Of a stretch of DNA of 64,000 nt, positions 62,064 to 64,000 are shown in pieces. The notes beneath the pieces are model-generated. The model saw only the letters and a program-made list of their open reading frames with translations. It did not search any database and was not told the DNA's origin. Each line of letters starts with the position of its first letter. The stretch's first letter is position 1. Source of the stretch: Chiloscyllium plagiosum (Eukaryota). The translations under genes and the position numbers were made by a program. Location of the stretch: NCBI RefSeq assembly GCF_004010195.1, contig NC_057720.1:15329146-15393145 (forward strand), in the 5' to 3' direction.

Positions 62064-63045
62064 TGATTTGGAGACGCTGGTGTTGGACTGGGGTGGACAA
62101 AGTTAAAAATCACACAACACCCCAGGTTATAGTCCAACAGGTTTATTTGGGAGCACTAGCTTTCGGAGTGCTGCTTCTTTATCAGGTAGCTGTGGAGCAG
62201 GATCATTAGACACAGAATTTAGAGTAAAAGATTACAGTGTCATACAACTGAGGTGATATATTGAACAAACTTAAACTGCTGTTAAGTCTTTCATCTTTTA
62301 GAGTGGTTTGCAGGTTTCGGTTCATGATTATGTAAATCCAAGGACTTCTTTTAAGTCACATTCTTGAGATAACTTAAGCTTTTTTTAAAAAAAGGTGACA
62401 TCTCAGCTCAGACAATGCTTTAAAGGTGTGAGGTTAGATCTGTCTGTATCCCAATCTTGAGTCAGACTGGATCTATTTCCGAAGTAGGAATTTATAGAAG
62501 ATTACATGGAGGTTGTGTGCTTTTTGAGCAAAATAGAATGTATCTGCAAATATAATTCTGCAAATACAAATTCACCCCATAGACTTATATGTGTGTGTGT
62601 GTGTGCATGAGAGACAGTGTGAGTGTGCGTATGTGAGTGAGTGTGTGTGTGAGTATGAGTGCAAGTGAGAGAGTGTGTGTTTGCGTGAGTGCATGCTTGG
62701 TAAACTATGTGTGTGAATGTGATGAAATATAAGCCTGTGAGAGGGTGTGTGCGTGGGTGTGAATGTGGGGGTGTACGTGTGTGTGTGGATGACAAAGGGT
62801 CTGCGTGAGTGTGTGAGTATGTAAGCGTGTGTGCGTGAGAGAGTGTAGTGGGGTCACCTATAGTGTGGCATGAACCCATGGTCCCGGTTGGGGCCATCCT
62901 CCTGGGTTCTGAACTTGGCTCTCAGCCTCTGCTTGACCACTCTGCGTGGTTGTGTATCTCAAAGACCGCTTTGGAGGATGGTCACCTGAAGATCAGAGGG
63001 TGAATGTCTCAGATCGCTGAAGTGTTCCCTGACTGGGCATCTCCA
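62064..63045 (-). mobile_element. Penelope-like element 3' end (family 2): GIY-YIG C-terminus, (CA)-rich UTR, pLTR
   Basis: Minus-strand peptide PVREHFSDLRHSPSDLQVTILQSGL*DTQPRRVVKQRLRAKFRTQEDGPNRDHGFMPHYR* (63037-62854); 62064-62190 matches the arms of the 21573 fold-back. Confidence 0.88.
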
Positions 63046-64000
63046 GCAGATTTTTTTTTGTTTCTCTGGAGAGTTCTTTCAAAGATCTTGCATATTGCAT
63101 CTAATGGATCAGGTCTGATTGACACGATTGTCTAAGATATTTATACTTACTAATCCTAAGTTTTGTTGGAAATTATATTCCATCTAATACAAATTGAATA
63201 GAATGGTTGTACATGCACAGGGTACAAAGCAATGATAGCGGGGAGAACTAGTGTGATTCACAGGTAGGATGATTAAATGAAAGTGCTGCAAACTGAGTGG
63301 AGGTCTCAGTGAGTGACCCAATACATGTTTTCCAAAGAAATTATGGTGTTACAGAAGACCTCTGAAATCACAGCTCTCTCCTCTATACTTGGAGCCCAGC
63401 AGGGGAAAGACAGATAAAGGATTTCAATCCATGAATATAGCTTTGCCTCAAAGTGTTGGTCTTTGGGAATTTTTTATTTTGTTTTGAATTAAAGAGAATT
63501 GCCTGAAGGGAGTTTGTGGAGTTTAAGGGATAGCGTTCCTCTGAAGGAGAAAAGAACCTAATCTGCACAAATCTGTAACTAAAGGAGTGCAATGGAAGAT
63601 TTCTTCGACGGACTGGAAGGGGAATGTGACAGAGTAGCTCTGAGCTGCGTACCACCGATGCGAGCTAGACCTTCACATGTTAACAGTTCACAGTTAGGTG
63701 AACATTAAACCCAGTCAGTGTGGAAGGAAGAGAGGAAAATCACTACGAATTTGTTCAAAACTCAGAACAGGCATGTCTCAGGGTTTGAAAATTTGTCTGA
63801 GTATTTGGGCAGAAATAGAAAACATTACACTGTGCTCATATTTCTGCATGTTTTAGAAACTTGTATTTGAATGACAGCAATGCAGGGGGTTTAAATGCTT
63901 AGCAATCTTTCCCTAATCCCTTCTCAACATTCAGAACTAAGACAATGTGCTCAGATCACATTAAACTAAGCAAACTTGTTTTTGGATATACAAATGCACA

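Noticed and set aside
62502..62897. His/Thr-rich 131 aa ORF
   Set aside because: It is a translation of the (CA)-rich UTR of the Penelope element

Overview
Repeat-dense vertebrate genomic DNA, almost certainly from an elasmobranch (shark). This rests on the many HE1-type V-SINEs, their CR1/HER1 partner LINEs and a SacSINE1-like DeuSINE; a carpet or bamboo shark is a guess. The region looks intronic or intergenic, and no host gene could be identified. Nearly every ORF in the track is transposon debris. Main contents: many nested CR1 LINE fragments; one decayed full-length Gypsy LTR retrotransposon (15828-20321) inside a CR1; two full-length, decayed, head-to-tail L1 elements with their own TSDs (24142-29767, 30135-35867); Rex1/Babar fragments; a CR1/L2-group LINE with a SINE that shares its tail; a pogo/Tigger-type MITE; and many Penelope-like element (PLE) remnants. 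Most notable: (1) short fold-back PLE-derived elements carrying minimal hammerhead-ribozyme cores, inserted with 10-15 bp TSDs; (2) repeated cases where a CR1/HE1 3' tail sits next to a copy of nearby genomic DNA (a ~280 bp giant TSD, a captured downstream flank, and a ~550 bp copy from 33 kb away); (3) weak exon-like segments on the + strand. Boundaries were read by eye and are approximate unless a TSD or terminus is quoted. Family names come from recognising motifs, not from a database search.
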